Assembly (NCBI GenBank): GCA_965246715.1
Contig: CBDFFH010000036.1
Location: forward strand, 96,001 to 160,000
Direction of reading: 5' to 3'
Length of the DNA stretch: 64,000 bases
From: Chamaesiphon sp.
GTDB lineage: Bacteria; Cyanobacteriota; Cyanobacteriia; Cyanobacteriales; Chamaesiphonaceae
The translations under genes were made by a program, and so were the position numbers. Under the pieces are notes generated by a model that saw only the letters and a list, made by a program, of their open reading frames with translations, was not told the DNA's origin and made no database searches. Below, piece after piece: positions 43,419 to 54,487 of this stretch (positions are counted from its first letter, which is position 1; each line of letters opens with the position of its first letter).

Positions 43419-44206
43419 AATGAAACTAACCATTCAACGTGCAGATCCAGATCTAGTCCAGACAAGTAACGATTCTCGCCGCGATTATCGGCAGCATTGT
43501 CATCAATACTATCTCCAACTTCTTTCCGCCTGATGGTGTCGATATGGCGACTTTATCAGATCGCCTGTTTACTGGAGTTCAAATCCTGCCCGCCAACTAC
43601 GCTTTCGCGATTTGGGCACCGATTTATCTGGGTCTGGTCGCCTTGGGGATTTATCAAGTCCAACCCGCCCAGCGTCACAATCCTAGCTTACAGCGCAGCG
43701 GCTATCTACTGGTATTTGCCTGTATCGCTCAATGTGCCTGGATTTATCTCTTTCTCGCCCGTCTCTTTCCCTTATCGGTCGTCGCGATGTTCGGCATCTT
43801 GCTACCGCTGATTGTCCTATATCAACGCCTAGAAATCGGTCAACACCACGTTTCGCCAGCCGAACAATGGTTTATCCAGATCCCGATTAGCATTTACCTC
43901 GGCTGGATTACCGTCGCGATCGTTGTCAATGCCTCACTCGCCCTCTACAGCATCAACTGGGATGGTTGGGGGATTGCACCCGCAATCTGGGCAGTCATCA
44001 TGATGCTCGTTAGTGGTGCAATCACAACTCAAATAATAATTAAACACCACGATACTGCTTACATGTTGGTAACTGTCTGGGCATTAATTGCGATCTGTAT
44101 TCGCCATTTAGATACACCTTTAATTACGGTAACTGCGACGATAACTGCAATCTTTTTGATTCTATTCAATCTAGAGATTGTACCTAAACCTTTCAGTTAT
44201 AGATGA
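43419..44206 (+). pseudogene. TspO/MBR-like Trp-rich membrane protein with a probable 5' frameshift near 43458
   Basis: PANYAFAIW..IY and SIYLGWITVA motifs; the ATG at 43419 is out of frame with the main ORF 43544-44206. Confidence 0.6.
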
Positions 44207-44357
44207 CTAAATTCGACTTGTAAATAAGGATAAAAACATGAGCAATTTTCTATCTGCTAAGGGGTGCAGAGGTCAACCCTCAGCTACCCTAAAAACTAAT
44301 AGCTAATTTTCTAGTTTGTTTCTTTTCAATAATAACAACAAACAAAACCCAAATAAT

Positions 44358-45032
44358 ATGCAACGTACCATTGAAAAAACCGACACGGAATTACAAAAAG
44401 ATGTGATGTCCGAACTCAAATACGATCCCAGCGTTAAAGTCTCAGACATCGGCGTATTAGCCAAAAATGGGACAGTGACACTCAATGGCTATGCCACCAG
44501 CTACAGCGAGAAATGGGAAGCCGTACACGCCACCAAGCGGGTTGCAGGGGTCAAAGCAATTGCGGATGACATCGAAATCCAGCTCCCAGCTTCATATCAC
44601 CGCACCGACACCGATATTGCCGCAGCAGCCATCAACCAAATCGAATGGTCTACGACAATTCCCAACGGCACCGTTCAGGCAACAGTCCGTAATGGCTGGA
44701 TTACCTTGGAAGGGGAAGTGGAATGGTGGTACCAGAAGAACGCCGCAGGCGGTCTAGTCAAGCAAATGGCAGGTGTTAAAGGAGTAACTAATTCAATTTC
44801 CATATCGCCCAAAGTGACGAAAAAGGCCGTCGAAACGGACATTAAATCTGCATTCAAACGCAGTGCGATGTTGGATGCCGAACACATCCGCGTGGAAACT
44901 TCTGGTAATAACGTCATCCTCCACGGTCAAGTTCGCAACTACAGCGAGTATGACGAAGCCGAACGAGTTGCTTGGTCTGAGCCAGGTGTCTCCTCTGTAG
45001 ACAATCGCCTCGAAGTAGATTGGATGTTCTAG
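44358..45032 (+). CDS. Triple BON-domain protein
   Basis: Third paralog. Confidence 0.85.
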   Translation: MQRTIEKTDTELQKDVMSELKYDPSVKVSDIGVLAKNGTVTLNGYATSYSEKWEAVHATKRVAGVKAIADDIEIQLPASYHRTDTDIAAAAINQIEWSTTIPNGTVQATVRNGWITLEGEVEWWYQKNAAGGLVKQMAGVKGVTNSISISPKVTKKAVETDIKSAFKRSAMLDAEHIRVETSGNNVILHGQVRNYSEYDEAERVAWSEPGVSSVDNRLEVDWMF

Positions 45033-45215
45033 CTTCCTGGTTAATTGTGTAGGGGTGCCCTTAATGGGTACCCACGAGATGTTTCTGTTTCACTTTTCAG
45101 ATTTATTTTGGATCGTAAATTGTTGACAAGTAAGTATGCAATTACATTTATTCAAGCTGCAATCGCGTCACCAAAATACAATAATTACCGTTTCAGCTAA
45201 ATAGAAGAGGAAAAT

Positions 45216-45374
45216 ATGTTGAATCTTATCTGGACTGGTATTGTCATACTTTTTGGACTGTGGTTATTAGGCATCTCAATTCATGTTGGTGGTACTTTAA
45301 TCCACTTTCTATTAGTTTTAGCTCTAATTGGCTTTTTTTACAACTTATTAATCGGGATGCGAATCGGTCGATAA
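45216..45374 (+). CDS. lmo0937/DUF5670-like small membrane protein (52 aa, not in the ORF track)
   Basis: MLNLIWTGIVILFGLWLLGISIHVGGTLIHFLLVLALIG; GAGG RBS. Confidence 0.75.
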   Translation: MLNLIWTGIVILFGLWLLGISIHVGGTLIHFLLVLALIGFFYNLLIGMRIGR

Positions 45375-45414
45375 TTTTCCTGAATTTCTTAGTAATCTAT
45401 TTACGCAAAAAATC

Positions 45415-46521
45415 ATGATTATTCCTCAATCTCAAACAACACATCCCGTCGCGTCTCACCAAGATGATTCAGCAGAGCCGACGCGAGTTGCAGTATTACT
45501 GACAGGATATGGCGAAGTAGAATCTTACCGCGATCTTAGCAGCTACAACCAAGCCGCAACTAAATATATTGCATCTCAGTTTGTATCGATTCCAAAGTGG
45601 CTATATCCGGCGGCTGGTTGGTTCTTGGGACTACTAGATCGGTACGATTTCGGGGTCAAACACCATCATTTTATGTCTCCTGAAAATGAGATATTTGAAA
45701 AACAACGAATTGGCATTGAGCAGCAGTTGCAAAAACGCTGGGGAAGTGAGGTAGAAGTATTCAAAGGCTTTTATTTCTGCAAACCTTTTGTGCAAGAAGT
45801 TGTAGCCGAGATTATCGAACAAGGATTTCAAAACTTACTAATTTTTCCATTACTAGTAGTTGATTCTGCATTTGCCGGGACAATAGCTGTAGAGCAAGTT
45901 AATGAAGTTATCACAGCAAATGTTGAGAAGCCTGCATTCAAAGCAATTCGATATATTCCCGCTTTTGCAACTGAACCTGCTTACATCAATTTGCTAGTGC
46001 GCCAGATTAAGGAATCCCTAAATCAGCCCGACCTAAATTGCTACTCTAAATCTCAAATTGGCATCGTCTTAACGGTTCATGGTGGCCCCGAAAAAGCTAA
46101 TGGGTTGTTAACTGGGGTAATCGATGGACAAGCTGTATTCGATCGCGTGCAAGCCCAATTACAGCATCAATATCCACTAATCTCGATCGGGTGGATAAAT
46201 CATGATATGCCGTTCATTAAATGGTCACAACCCAATCTCGAACAAGCAGCGAAAAGTCTAATCGGATCTGGTGCCCAAACTATTGTATTTAAACCGCTGG
46301 GATGGGTAACAGAAAACTATGAAACTATCCTTGATGTGGAGGATGCGATTCTCAAACTGAGAGGCTACGCCAACGAATCTTTGCAACATCAATATCCCAC
46401 TGTCACTTACACGCGGCTCGAATGTGTCAATGACGATCCTGAATTTTTCAGCATCGCTGCAGCATGGGCAAATCCGCAGATTGAAGCAATGCTATCTGGA
46501 TCGAAAATTGAAAATGAGTAG
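45415..46521 (+). CDS. Ferrochelatase-like protein (divergent, no CAB tail)
   Basis: VAVLL..YGE, FC.PF, TVHG, W..P, ENYET and CVNDDPEF motifs. Confidence 0.75.
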   Translation: MIIPQSQTTHPVASHQDDSAEPTRVAVLLTGYGEVESYRDLSSYNQAATKYIASQFVSIPKWLYPAAGWFLGLLDRYDFGVKHHHFMSPENEIFEKQRIGIEQQLQKRWGSEVEVFKGFYFCKPFVQEVVAEIIEQGFQNLLIFPLLVVDSAFAGTIAVEQVNEVITANVEKPAFKAIRYIPAFATEPAYINLLVRQIKESLNQPDLNCYSKSQIGIVLTVHGGPEKANGLLTGVIDGQAVFDRVQAQLQHQYPLISIGWINHDMPFIKWSQPNLEQAAKSLIGSGAQTIVFKPLGWVTENYETILDVEDAILKLRGYANESLQHQYPTVTYTRLECVNDDPEFFSIAAAWANPQIEAMLSGSKIENE

Positions 46522-46547
46522 GCTAAACATCATGGAGCCTAACGATT

Positions 46548-47279
46548 ATGTCAGAATTTTTATTCGTGCTCTTGCTCTCAGCTTTACCAGTTATTAGTAA
46601 CTTTATTGGTGCGACGATCGCGGAAGCATTGCCACTATCAAAACAAACATTAGGACTAGCTTTACATGCTGCTGCTGGAGTACTTTTGGCGATCGCATCT
46701 ACCGAACTAATTCCGAGAGTTTTGATTGCCAAACCTGCCTGGACAGCGATTCTAGCATTGTTTTTAGGTGGAGCTTTCTTTGTCTGGGTGAATCAACTGC
46801 TCAACTTAGATAAAAATCGACTGCGCGGGGTTGGGGGGAATACAGTTAGTTGGGTCATCTTTCTGAGTATGTCGATCGATCTATTCGGTGATGGCTTATT
46901 AATTGGCACTAGTTTGACGATCTCGCCGCATCTGGGGGTGATGCTAGCATCGGCGAGAGTTGTGGCACATATTCCCGAAGGTTTTGTGACTAATGCTGAG
47001 TTTAAGAGCCAGAATATGCCGCGCACCCAGAGATTTTGGTTACTGGCTGCATTTCTGATTCCGGTGTGGCTGGGGGCGACGCTGGGCTATTGGGGATTGC
47101 GCGGACAAGGCGATTTGCTCAAGCTAATTGTACTCGCATTTACTACGGGCACTTTAATGGTCGCGATCGTCGAAGAAATTCTCCCTGAAGCACATCAAAC
47201 TCAAGATACAAACTTGTCTAGCTTGACATTTATCGGGAGCTTTGCGCTGTCAATGTTGTTCTCATCTTATCTGGAATAA
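46548..47279 (+). CDS. ZIP-family metal transporter
   Basis: DLFGDG, HIPEGF and EEILPEAH motifs. Confidence 0.8.
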   Translation: MSEFLFVLLLSALPVISNFIGATIAEALPLSKQTLGLALHAAAGVLLAIASTELIPRVLIAKPAWTAILALFLGGAFFVWVNQLLNLDKNRLRGVGGNTVSWVIFLSMSIDLFGDGLLIGTSLTISPHLGVMLASARVVAHIPEGFVTNAEFKSQNMPRTQRFWLLAAFLIPVWLGATLGYWGLRGQGDLLKLIVLAFTTGTLMVAIVEEILPEAHQTQDTNLSSLTFIGSFALSMLFSSYLE

Positions 47280-47415
47280 CCATTGGTATAATCTCTACTG
47301 AGGAGCCGAGGCTCGATCGATGTTACTGTGCTGTCCCATGCATCAAACATAGCATTCAAGTTATGCTAATAAAAGTAAGCCTAGACCTTTTGAAGTAGTA
47401 ACCGCTGAAGATCGA

Positions 47416-48447
47416 ATGCTCTCATACCAAAAACTACCTCAATGGCTCAAATTTAGCTTGACGTTCCCGTTAGTTTTTCTGAACGGGTGGCTAATTTTGC
47501 TACTTTATCATTCCTTACAACCGATTTCGAGCATCGTCATTGCTGCTTGTTTGGTGACGTTTTTACTAGATTATCCGATCGCCTTCCTAGAACGACGCGG
47601 ATTGCAAAGAACTTTAGCAATTGGGTTAGTTCTAGTTATTGCAATTCTTCTAGTAGGGGCGATCGGGTTTGGACTATTACCGATCGTCTTTCGACAGTTG
47701 GAGGAATTTGTCAACCGCCTACCAGCTTGGCTAGCAGCCGCACAGCAACAAGTTACCGACCTCAGTACGCTCCCCATCTTTCAAGATATTCCGATCGAAG
47801 TTACTAATCTAACAGCAGGATTGACCGATCGAGTCACACAAACTCTACAATTAGCATCACGCAAAGCGATTTTCTTGGCATTGGATACTATCAACAGTGC
47901 CTTAAATTTGCTCTTAATTCTGGTGCTAACCATCTTATTAGTGTTTAGTGGCGAATCATTATGGAAAGGATTGTGGAGCTGGTTTCCAGCACCCTGGAAC
48001 GAGCGCCTGCAAGACTCGCTCAGACAAAGTTTTCAGAGTTATTTTGCAGGTCAAGCGATCGTCTCGACAATTCAAGGCGTTTCACTAATGACTGTGTTTC
48101 TACTGCTGCAAATTCCGTTTGGGTTGCTATTTGGATTGACGATCGGATTTGCCAGTTTGATTCCCTTTGGTGGCACCCTCTCGATTATTGTAATTAGCTC
48201 ACTACTTGCGCTCCAAAATATTTGGTTGGGACTCAAAGTTTTGGCGGTAGCAATTATCGTCGGTCAAATCATTGAAAATGCGATCGCCCCTCGATTGATG
48301 AGCGGTATGACTGGACTAAATCCCGCTGTTGTCTTCATCTCCGTGCTGACGGGATCTCAAGTGGGAGGACTGCTCGGACTACTTTTAGCTGTGCCGACTG
48401 CGGGGTTTATCAAGCGGATTGCCGACCGAATAAAATCTAGTGAGTAG
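47416..48447 (+). CDS. AI-2E family transporter
   Basis: IPFGG, EN.IAPRLM...GLNP and G.LG.LLAVP motifs. Confidence 0.85.
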   Translation: MLSYQKLPQWLKFSLTFPLVFLNGWLILLLYHSLQPISSIVIAACLVTFLLDYPIAFLERRGLQRTLAIGLVLVIAILLVGAIGFGLLPIVFRQLEEFVNRLPAWLAAAQQQVTDLSTLPIFQDIPIEVTNLTAGLTDRVTQTLQLASRKAIFLALDTINSALNLLLILVLTILLVFSGESLWKGLWSWFPAPWNERLQDSLRQSFQSYFAGQAIVSTIQGVSLMTVFLLLQIPFGLLFGLTIGFASLIPFGGTLSIIVISSLLALQNIWLGLKVLAVAIIVGQIIENAIAPRLMSGMTGLNPAVVFISVLTGSQVGGLLGLLLAVPTAGFIKRIADRIKSSE

Positions 48448-48537
48448 GGCGGCATAAATATCAATAATGACTGGGATCGGGATCGATTTCCTAATATGTT
48501 AGGATATTATTATCCTACTAGCGAGTAAGATTTAATT

Positions 48538-48762
48538 ATGAGTGCCAAAGTAAGCATCACACTAGATGAAGAAGTTCTAGAGTTCGTCGATCGATCGAGC
48601 AAAAATCGCAGCCAGTTCATCAACGAAATATTGGCTCAGGCCAAGAAGAACCAATTATTGAAAGAGTTGGCGAATGCTTATACAGAACTAGCAAACAATC
48701 CTGAGTATCAAGCTGAGACTAAGTTATGGGATGTGACAGTGGGGGATGGCATCGATGCCTAA
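48538..48762 (+). CDS. RHH antitoxin (MazE-like)
   Basis: KVSITLD...NRS..I; W..TVGDG tail; overlaps the toxin. Confidence 0.75.
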   Translation: MSAKVSITLDEEVLEFVDRSSKNRSQFINEILAQAKKNQLLKELANAYTELANNPEYQAETKLWDVTVGDGIDA

Positions 48763-49126
48763 TGGGGATCTCCGGTACCGCAGAGGAGAAATCTGGTGGG
48801 TGAACTTAGATCCGACAGTAGGCAGTGAAACGGCAAAAAAACGACCGTGTGTAATTCTTCAGAATGACGTGGGCAATGCTCGCTCTGACACAACGATGGT
48901 TGCTCCTCTATTGAAAGGCTCAAAAACCTATCCATTTGTAGTGAGTGTTGAGGTGACAGCAGAGAATGGGCTAGATGAAACTAGAGGAATTCATCTCGAA
49001 CAAATGAGGGTTGTGGACAATCGGAGGATCGATTGTAAACTAGGAACATTAGAAGACAAGTACTGGAGTGAGATCGAGAAAGCTGTTTGCATCGTTCTGG
49101 GGTTTAATGCCGTTTTTGAACTCTAG
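48755..49126 (+). CDS. mazF: PemK/MazF toxin
   Basis: RGEIWWVNLDPTVGSE..K.RP. Confidence 0.85.
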   Translation: MPNGDLRYRRGEIWWVNLDPTVGSETAKKRPCVILQNDVGNARSDTTMVAPLLKGSKTYPFVVSVEVTAENGLDETRGIHLEQMRVVDNRRIDCKLGTLEDKYWSEIEKAVCIVLGFNAVFEL

Positions 49127-49212
49127 GTTTCTGGCGGTGATGAAGATACCACCTTAACATCACTACTGAGCAAGTTAAAATGTAGGAGCAGCGTGGAAAT
49201 AAGGTCAAGTCT

Positions 49213-49485
49213 ATGACAATCCGACAACCCCGATATAGCAAGGAAGAATTTGCTCAACGCGGCGATGCACTTTATGAGTCACAGATTCGATCGCAAGTTG
49301 AAGAAGGGAATCACGGTAAGATTGTCGCGATCGATATTGAAACCGGAGCCTTTGAAGTCGATGCGAGTGAAATTGCTGCTTGCGATCGTTTGGAAGTCAG
49401 TCACCCTGATGCTCAAATCTGGATGGTTCGGATTGGTTCCCGCCATGTTCGTCGATTCGGCGGACGCACGAAGAGATCGACATGA
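49213..49485 (+). CDS. Small DUF5678-like partner protein, copy 1
   Basis: GKIVAIDIETG; paralogs at 51562, 54649 and 56598. Confidence 0.75.
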   Translation: MTIRQPRYSKEEFAQRGDALYESQIRSQVEEGNHGKIVAIDIETGAFEVDASEIAACDRLEVSHPDAQIWMVRIGSRHVRRFGGRTKRST

Positions 49486-49883
49486 TAACGGGGATTGTTA
49501 ATGAGGAGTTTGAGCCGATTATTTCAATTTCACTTTGTGATTCTGAGGGTAATGTTTATACCCAAGATGCGTTCACGTAGTGTTTCCAAGGGAAAATCGT
49601 AGATACTGGTTTTAATGGCTGGCTATCGCTGCCCCCAGATTTAGTTTCTCAACTGAATCTGAAATGGAAGAGAAGAGGTAGAGCTATTCTTGGTGATGGC
49701 AGTGAATGTGTTTTTAATGTCTATGAAGCAGTTTTAGATTGGGATGGAAATCTGTTCACAATCCCAATCGATGAGGCTGATTCAGAACCACTTGTGGGCA
49801 TGTCATTGATGGAAGGCTATCAGCTCATGGTGCAAGTATTTGAGGGCGGTCGTGTTGAACTCAGTAAGATAGCTATTGTCTAA
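49482..49883 (+). pseudogene. Clan AA (retropepsin-like) aspartic protease, copy 1; stop introduced by a 24-nt insertion
   Basis: DA[FT*...]IVDTGFNG...LGDGS...PLVGMSL; not in the ORF track. Confidence 0.8.
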
Positions 49884-49935
49884 AGAACTTGTCTCATCAA
49901 CGGAAGAAACACCCGCACCTTATTAGTATCTAAAA

Positions 49936-50244
49936 TCAGGAAGCCTTGCTAAAAACTTGAATTCGATCGATCGATTCCCCTTCTTGTTTTTGGACATGAT
50001 ACAGATCCCATCGCAACTGCAAATTCAACCAGAAGTCATTAGACACACCAAAAAACTTCGCTAGTCGCAGTGCGGTACTAGGGGTCACACCACGTTTGCC
50101 ATTGATAATTTCGTTAATCCGTTGGTATGGGACATGGAGACTGTCCGCTAAGTGTTTTTGGGTTAAGCCCAAAGGTTCCAAAAATTCGGTAAGTAGCATT
50201 TCGCCTGGATGAGTCGGCGGACGATTTGTGGGAATACGAACCAT
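49936..50244 (-). CDS. higA: HigA antitoxin
   Basis: PTHPGEML..EFL, ALRLAKFFG and FWLNLQ motifs. Confidence 0.9.
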   Translation of the reverse strand: MVRIPTNRPPTHPGEMLLTEFLEPLGLTQKHLADSLHVPYQRINEIINGKRGVTPSTALRLAKFFGVSNDFWLNLQLRWDLYHVQKQEGESIDRIQVFSKAS

Positions 50245-50260
50245 AATGACGTTCTCCAAA

Positions 50261-50554
50261 TTAGTGATAATCAACTATTTCTACTACTTGTGCATCGGAC
50301 TCCGACCATTCAAAGCAGATCCGATACTGGTCATTGATGCGAATACTATATTGACCTTCCCTGTCGTCAGAGAGCTTTTCTAGGTGATTACCTGGCGGCA
50401 CAGCCAATTCATCAATGGTAGTAACAGAGTCTATTTGGTCTAGCTTCCGAACAGCAACACGCCAGATCGATTCTGGACAAATTTTGCGTGCTGCCTTAGA
50501 GTTGACCCCATCAAAAATATCTGCGGTGCCTTGGTTTTTGAAGGAATCAATCAT
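50261..50554 (-). CDS. higB: HigB toxin (plasmid maintenance killer)
   Basis: PPGN.LEKL..DR.GQYSIRINDQYRICF.W...EIVDYH. Confidence 0.9.
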   Translation of the reverse strand: MIDSFKNQGTADIFDGVNSKAARKICPESIWRVAVRKLDQIDSVTTIDELAVPPGNHLEKLSDDREGQYSIRINDQYRICFEWSESDAQVVEIVDYH

Positions 50555-50609
50555 ATCAACATGATAACACGGTATTCATGCTAGGTATGATTTTTTTGTC
50601 GTCGGTGTA

Positions 50610-50933
50610 ATGTGCCGACGATCGACTTACGACCGCACCAAAGTAGTCAGCGGCTATCACTGCGATTGGGAAGATGATATCAGAGTGGACGACTCTATGT
50701 ATTCACGCGCCGCACTCCAGCAGTTCGTTTCGTCGGCTCAGCCAGACTTGCTCGACGATTTCGAGCGATGGTTGCATCCGAAAGACTTTGACGAGCTTTT
50801 CGAGGTCGAGCCTTCCAAGCTCTTGGCGCAGGCACTCGGCTTAGAGCATTATGACTGGCTTGCCTACGATTACATTGTCCGCGATCTCCACGAGTCACCC
50901 GAAGACCATGCTGACGTGACGGAGGTTTTATGA
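50610..50933 (+). pseudogene. GC-richer foreign gene fragment, cassette-like
   Basis: Compositional shift; followed by an attC-like site. Confidence 0.4.
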
Positions 50934-50946
50934 CTACATCCAAAAC

Positions 50947-51030
50947 GCCTAACAATCACACGGCACTAGAATGCCTTAAAATGCTCGGATGAGTTGCAAA
51001 GTTTATATCTGGTGGGTATGAACGTTATGT
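50947..51030 (+). other. attC-like recombination site
   Basis: GCCTAAC...CACTAGA / TCTGGTG...GTTATGT imperfect inverted repeat right after a stop codon. Confidence 0.45.
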
Positions 51031-51099
51031 GTCAGTATTGTTCCTCTGGTCAATCAGGGAAGTGGCCGATCTCCAAGATATGTTCGCAATTACTAATCT

Positions 51100-51485
51100 C
51101 GACTTTTAGATCGAAACCACCGTACAAATAACTTTTCTCCTTCAATCCAAATAAATATCAGTAAACTACAACCAAAACAGACTCCCAATTCAAATAAGCT
51201 CAAAGGATGGGTGCCAAAAAACGATTACCTCCGGTAGGCTGTGCCAAAGGCAGGCTTACGCCAACGCCAACGCAATGGAGCGATATAAACCACCACCAAC
51301 TGTAATAGAATCGTGCCCAAAATCGCCCGCAACAACAGTGGATTGCTAAAGGGATTAATTCCGATAACGAGTTTATTCACAGAGCGTACAGCTAAAGCAT
51401 GACCCATTTAGGCGATACAGAGGGTGGTAAAGACAATCGTTTTCCAGGTATCGGGATCGCCAGGATAACCGACTGAGTGGGTTCG
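51100..51485 (-). pseudogene. 3' fragment of a P-type cation ATPase (further fragments at 52300-52426 and 59339-59535)
   Basis: DTWKTIVFTTL...QMGHALAVRS...NPFSNP.L...LQL..VY..PLR..FGTHPL...EKLFVRWF. Confidence 0.7.
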
Positions 51486-51561
51486 TTGGCGATAGTCTCT
51501 CCTTGGAGAATCGCCGCTTCAAGTTAAAATAGAAGGATAGAGTCGTAGTGAGGTCAAACCC

Positions 51562-51908
51562 ATGGCAGTATCTCCAGAGGAGAGGTTTCACCAACGACAG
51601 CCCCGATATAGCAAGGAAGAGTTTGCCCAGCGTGGCGATGCACTCTATGAGTCACAAATTCGATTACCTCCGGTAGGCTTCGCCAACGCAAATCGATGAA
51701 CAGAGCGATCGTGGTAGAATTGTCGCGATTACCTCCGGTAGGCTTCGCCAACGACATCGAAACTGGAGATTTTGAACTAGCCGACGATCCAACGATCGCA
51801 ACTCGACAACTCTATGAGCGGTTGCCAGATGCCCAACCTTGGGTCATTCGGATTGGCTATCGTGCCGTGCGTCGATTTGGCGCACGCAGCTTGAAAGACG
51901 CTCTATGA
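51562..51908 (+). pseudogene. DUF5678-like partner protein, copy 2, with three mini-element insertions
   Basis: Aligns with the other copies after removing inserts at 51571, 51665 and 51730. Confidence 0.85.
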
Positions 51909-52282
51909 TGCAAGGATACGTCAATGAAAATTATGAGGCGATAATTTCTGTTGCCGTGAAAAATAGTAGCAGTTTTAAAGCTATTGATGCTGTAATCGAT
52001 ACAGGGTTTACAGGCTTCTTGAGCCTGTAAACCGCTATTATTATGGAACTCGAACTACAATGGAGTTATCGAGACCGTGCGACGTTAGGCGATGGCAGCG
52101 AAACAGTATTTGATGTCTACAATGCAGAAATCTTGTGGAACGGACAGTTGCGAGAAATCGAAGTCGATGCAGCAGAGACAGAACCGTTATTAGGCATGGG
52201 TTTACTTAAAGGATATCGATTGCAAGTAGATACAATTGAGGGTGGCTTAGTGACAATCCAAACTTTATTGAACCTCAGTTAA
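51905..52282 (+). pseudogene. Clan AA aspartic protease, copy 2, in-frame TAA at 52028
   Basis: VIDTGFTGFLSL*...LGDGSE...PLLGMGLL. Confidence 0.8.
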
Positions 52283-52578
52283 AATCTATTCAGATCTCAA
52301 TTTTCAGAACGAAACCACCGCACAAATAACTTTTCTCCTTCAATCCAGATAAATATCAATAAACTGCAACCAAAACAGACCCCCCAGTTCAAATAAGATC
52401 AAAGGATGGTTCCCAAAAAACGATCGTTATTGGACATCAGGCAGTCTATCATTTTGGGGCGCGGAGTCTGAAAAATCCGTATGATACATGGCGTGGTAAA
52501 TAAGAGTTGCGAGGCAATTTTGCCGAAATGTCTGAAACCTATCTGGTGAAACGTATTCAACCGAACTCGCTCCTAAAC

Positions 52579-52809
52579 TTAATAGCGTGGTTGGCAATCT
52601 ACAAAACTCAGAGCCTCTCGATCGAGAAAACCTGAGATCGCCATTTCTAAAACTGCTTCGACTGGATAATCGATTTCCTTGGCTCGGCGTTCAAACGCCT
52701 CTCTAACGTGAGTCGGGAATGCGGCTAACATCATCCGTGCGGCGACTGGATTCAAATGCTCGATGCTCTCTGGTTCGGAACTAGCCGATTTAACACTAGT
52801 GTTCGTCAT
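52579..52809 (-). CDS. Small hypothetical protein coupled to the GIY-YIG gene
   Basis: 76 aa; ATGA overlap with the upstream gene. Confidence 0.65.
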   Translation of the reverse strand: MTNTSVKSASSEPESIEHLNPVAARMMLAAFPTHVREAFERRAKEIDYPVEAVLEMAISGFLDREALSFVDCQPRY

Positions 52810-54487
52810 GATTCATCCCTCATTGGTATCCGAATATTAAATGGGGGCTTACTCCAAACAAGAATAATTCCCTCTAAATCTGATGATAACGTTCGCCACT
52901 GCCGATAGTCGATTTCACAAATAGCAATCGCCACGTCGCGATGGTTATAATCTGCTAGCCAAGACCAAGTAATGGCTTTGTGTCCGCCTCGAAAGCGTTC
53001 TTTGACATCCTGTGCTTTGCCAACATACAGTAATCCTGCCGTTCGATGGCGAATTGCGTAAATACCTGGTTTTGAAGTTAATCCTGCAAAGCTTAGTGGT
53101 GCAGAAAAGTCCTGAAAGGCTTGTGGTGTCTAGAGAACAATAATTAATAGAAAAGGGGCTTGCGGCGTGGTTCGATTGTTTAAGCGAAAAACAAATCCAC
53201 GTAAAATAATGGCTACACCCCAACTCTATCGTCAACTATTTGAACAACTTGGTCAATGGATTATCCCCAAAGATTTGCGTCACCTGAAGAACTGTGCAGA
53301 AATAGTGGCAGCGATTTTAGAATCAGAAAGTGCTTGTGCTGCCCACTGGCTTCCGTACCTGAGCCACCGGAACTGTCAAGCACGGAGCCAGATGGAGCGA
53401 ATCAGCTACTTCATGAACAATCCAGCAATTAGCGATGAAGTATTGTATGTGCCAGTAATTAAACAATTTCTCAAAGAATGGACAGGGAAAGAACTAATCC
53501 TGGTGATGGATACCAGTATGTTGTGGGATACCTATTGCCTGATTGAAGTATGTGTGGCATGGGGTGGTCGTTCGATTACATTAGCTCAAACGGTGATTAA
53601 ACATGGTAGTTCGACAGTTGGGTTTGACCAATATCTACCAGTGCTAGAAGCAGCCGCATCTCGACTACCAATAGATTCACAGCCAACTTTATTAGCTGAT
53701 AGCGGCTTTGAACATGGAGAGCTGATGCGGTGGCTTACCACACAGGAATGGAACTGGGGCATTAGAGTCAAATCGAATCTCCAGATCACCTTTGCTAACG
53801 GCAAAACACAATCTTTGAAAGAACTGTTTCCACCCAAAGATCGAGTGTACTTATTTCCCAGCGTTAAAGTACTCGGTGATCTAGAGTGCAATTTAGGCAC
53901 AGCTAACTGTCGGGGAGTGAAAGAACCGTGGGCGGTGCTGACAAATACACCATTATCGTTACAAACATTTCAGCTTTATGGCAAAAGATTTGGCGGGATT
54001 GAACCTCGATTCAAAGATTACAAATCTGGTACTTTTGATATTTTACGGTCAAAAATCAGAGATGCTCAAGCTTTGAGTAATTTATTAATAATGATAGAAC
54101 TAGCTGAAATATTAGCAATTAGATTAGGATTGACAATGATAGAGACACGGAAAAGAAGTAAGGTAGATTGGCATGGAGAAAGAGGCTTAAGCCTTTTGCA
54201 AATTGGAATCAGAACAGTGAAGAGTTTATGTCATCAAGCTCTACCACTCCCGTTTCTTACTCCAATACCTTGGTGCAATATATTTCCAGCATGTGCTTCT
54301 CTTAAAAAAAGAGCTAAGTTAGAAAAGCGGAGTGAATTCGCCAAGGTTATGTCATTTGCTTATTAGAAAAAATAGTTTTCTGCACCACTAAGCCTGCAAA
54401 GTCTCGGCTAATTGGAACGCAGTCAGAAAAGGGTAGTTGCACCAAGAAGTTCAAAATTTCACGAGCTTGGCTCTCAATCTCTGTCAT
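52806..54487 (-). pseudogene. GIY-YIG nuclease interrupted by IS4
   Basis: Rejoined across the TSD: MTEIESQARE...DFAGLTSKPGIYAIRHRTAGLLYVGKAQDVKERF...DLE...PPFN. Confidence 0.75.
53092..54392 (+). mobile_element. IS4-family element (transposase 53209-54366)
   Basis: TIR CTTAGTGGTGCAGAAAA; 9-bp TSD CCTGCAAAG; Y..RF..IE..FKD.KS motif. Confidence 0.88.
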
